64,000 nucleotides of DNA from Seison nebaliae (lineage: Eukaryota): NCBI GenBank assembly GCA_023231475.1, contig JALJEE010003284.1, positions 1 to 64,000 on the forward strand, read 5' to 3'. The position numbers and the translations under genes were made by a program. The notes below the pieces were generated by a model. That model searched no databases and was not told the DNA's origin. It was given only the letters and a program-made list of their open reading frames with translations. This document shows positions 62,854 to 64,000 of this stretch, piece by piece; positions within the stretch are counted from its first letter, which is position 1; each line of letters starts with the position of its first letter.

Positions 62854-63812
62854 TCATTTTAGCCTCACCATCTTTATAAATGATGAAGGACGCTCAATGA
62901 CGTCAAATACCAAATCTAGGCATTTGATAGATGTGCTAACGAAACTGAAAGTTTAATCTAAACAATTATCAACATTTTAAAATGACAATCAACGAATTAT
63001 GGTGATTTGGTCACCTGCAAGATGGTTACTTTGGCTACGTATTTTAACAAAAACGATGATTTGGCCATCCATGTTCTACACAAAAGAGGTGGTCAAATCA
63101 TTATTAATCTTTTAGTGAATTATCTTTTTTTTTTCAACTTTTCCGAACTTACGTAGGAAACAATAGTTTGGAGAAATCATCGTGTGTCCAATCAACGTCG
63201 AATGTTTAGCATTTGAATGTAAATTAGATAATCTCACTAATAGGATCTCCATATTGTCTCCAGACAATTTTAGTAACCAACTAAAAATAATGAGCATATT
63301 GACTACATGAACAAGGACAGTTTTGATAGTTTCTTCTTAAGTTCGGATATTTCTGTTACTTATTTGTGCAATATTTAGATTTTAGAAAAGTTTTACATTC
63401 ATGCATCTAATAAACGTATTACAGATGTTTGAAGAACAATATCAGTAATACTATGTAACTCTATAGTGACTATATATTACTAGTGACTATGTTATATAGT
63501 ATATAACATAAAATTTATACATTATTACTTTCCTTGTAAGCATCCTATTAGAAATTTATTATCATTAATATTTATTATTGAAATTTCAGTCAGGTTAAAT
63601 AGGAAAATAATTTTAAAAAATTTCCATCTTCATCAACGTTGATGAGATATTTATTTATGAAATATATTATGTTAACGTTGATTTGATGAAACTACCATAA
63701 ATATGGAATAACATTAATCCTGATTATCTGATCATTTTAATTTTAGACTATTTATTACTTACAAAGTTAGTAAAAAAAGTTACTTATTGTTAGTTATTTT
63801 TTTTTTTATTAT

Positions 63813-64000
63813 TATAATAACAAATCCCCGAATGAGGTTATATGCTCGATCGATGCAAAGTAACGATTTATGCGTGCTTGATAGGGAGATGGCGAGACCA
63901 TAAACGCCACAACAAAAAGTCACAAATAGACAAAGTTTCAAAGGAATTGAAAAGTATTTGCGCTTGTGATGAAAGGAATAAAACAACCGAAGAAATTTAC
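63813..64000 (-). CDS. Possible internal exon of a membrane protein (GPCR TM3-like), truncated by the window edge
   Basis: FCCGVYGLAISLSSTHKSLLCIDRAY loosely resembles a TM3-DRY segment and is followed by a GTT donor; downstream exons not resolved. Confidence 0.2.

Noticed and set aside
62870..63510. Coding-like stretch and small palindromes/direct repeats (TAGTGACTAT x2)
   Set aside because: No recognisable motif or element boundaries; such short repeats are expected in AT-rich DNA
1..64000. Prokaryotic systems (CRISPR arrays, operons, retrons), tRNA or rRNA genes
   Set aside because: DNA is intron-containing animal sequence; no repeat-spacer array or tRNA/rRNA signature seen; the only RT motif is a broken LINE fragment

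Overview
Very AT-rich, gene-dense eukaryotic DNA from an animal (it carries ephrin, MRTF, a Ly6/three-finger protein, TMEM26 and a bHLH-PAS gene); the species cannot be identified from the sequence alone. About 22 protein-coding genes can be reconstructed by hand. Recognisable ones are a divergent bHLH-PAS factor, a gamma-tubulin complex subunit, NEK1-like kinase, PRKRIP1, ephrin, NUP188, TMEM26-like, a divergent USP, MRTF, TMF1, ABHD18, CCP5/AGBL5, NAF1, a secreted Ly6 protein missed by the ORF track, gamma-tubulin, a FAR1/MULE-derived DNA-binding gene and a Gal3ST-like gene; several others are orphans. There are also decayed Mutator and LINE elements and two RFX X-boxes. The most striking system-level signal is in splicing: of about 60 short (~40-80 nt) introns I reconstructed, about 54 begin GTT rather than the usual animal GTA/GTG, which suggests altered 5' splice-site recognition. 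A GC-richer, multi-stem RNA-like element at ~56.30-56.45 kb is an unassigned ncRNA candidate that may relate to splicing. All gene models and counts are manual and need RNA-seq confirmation.
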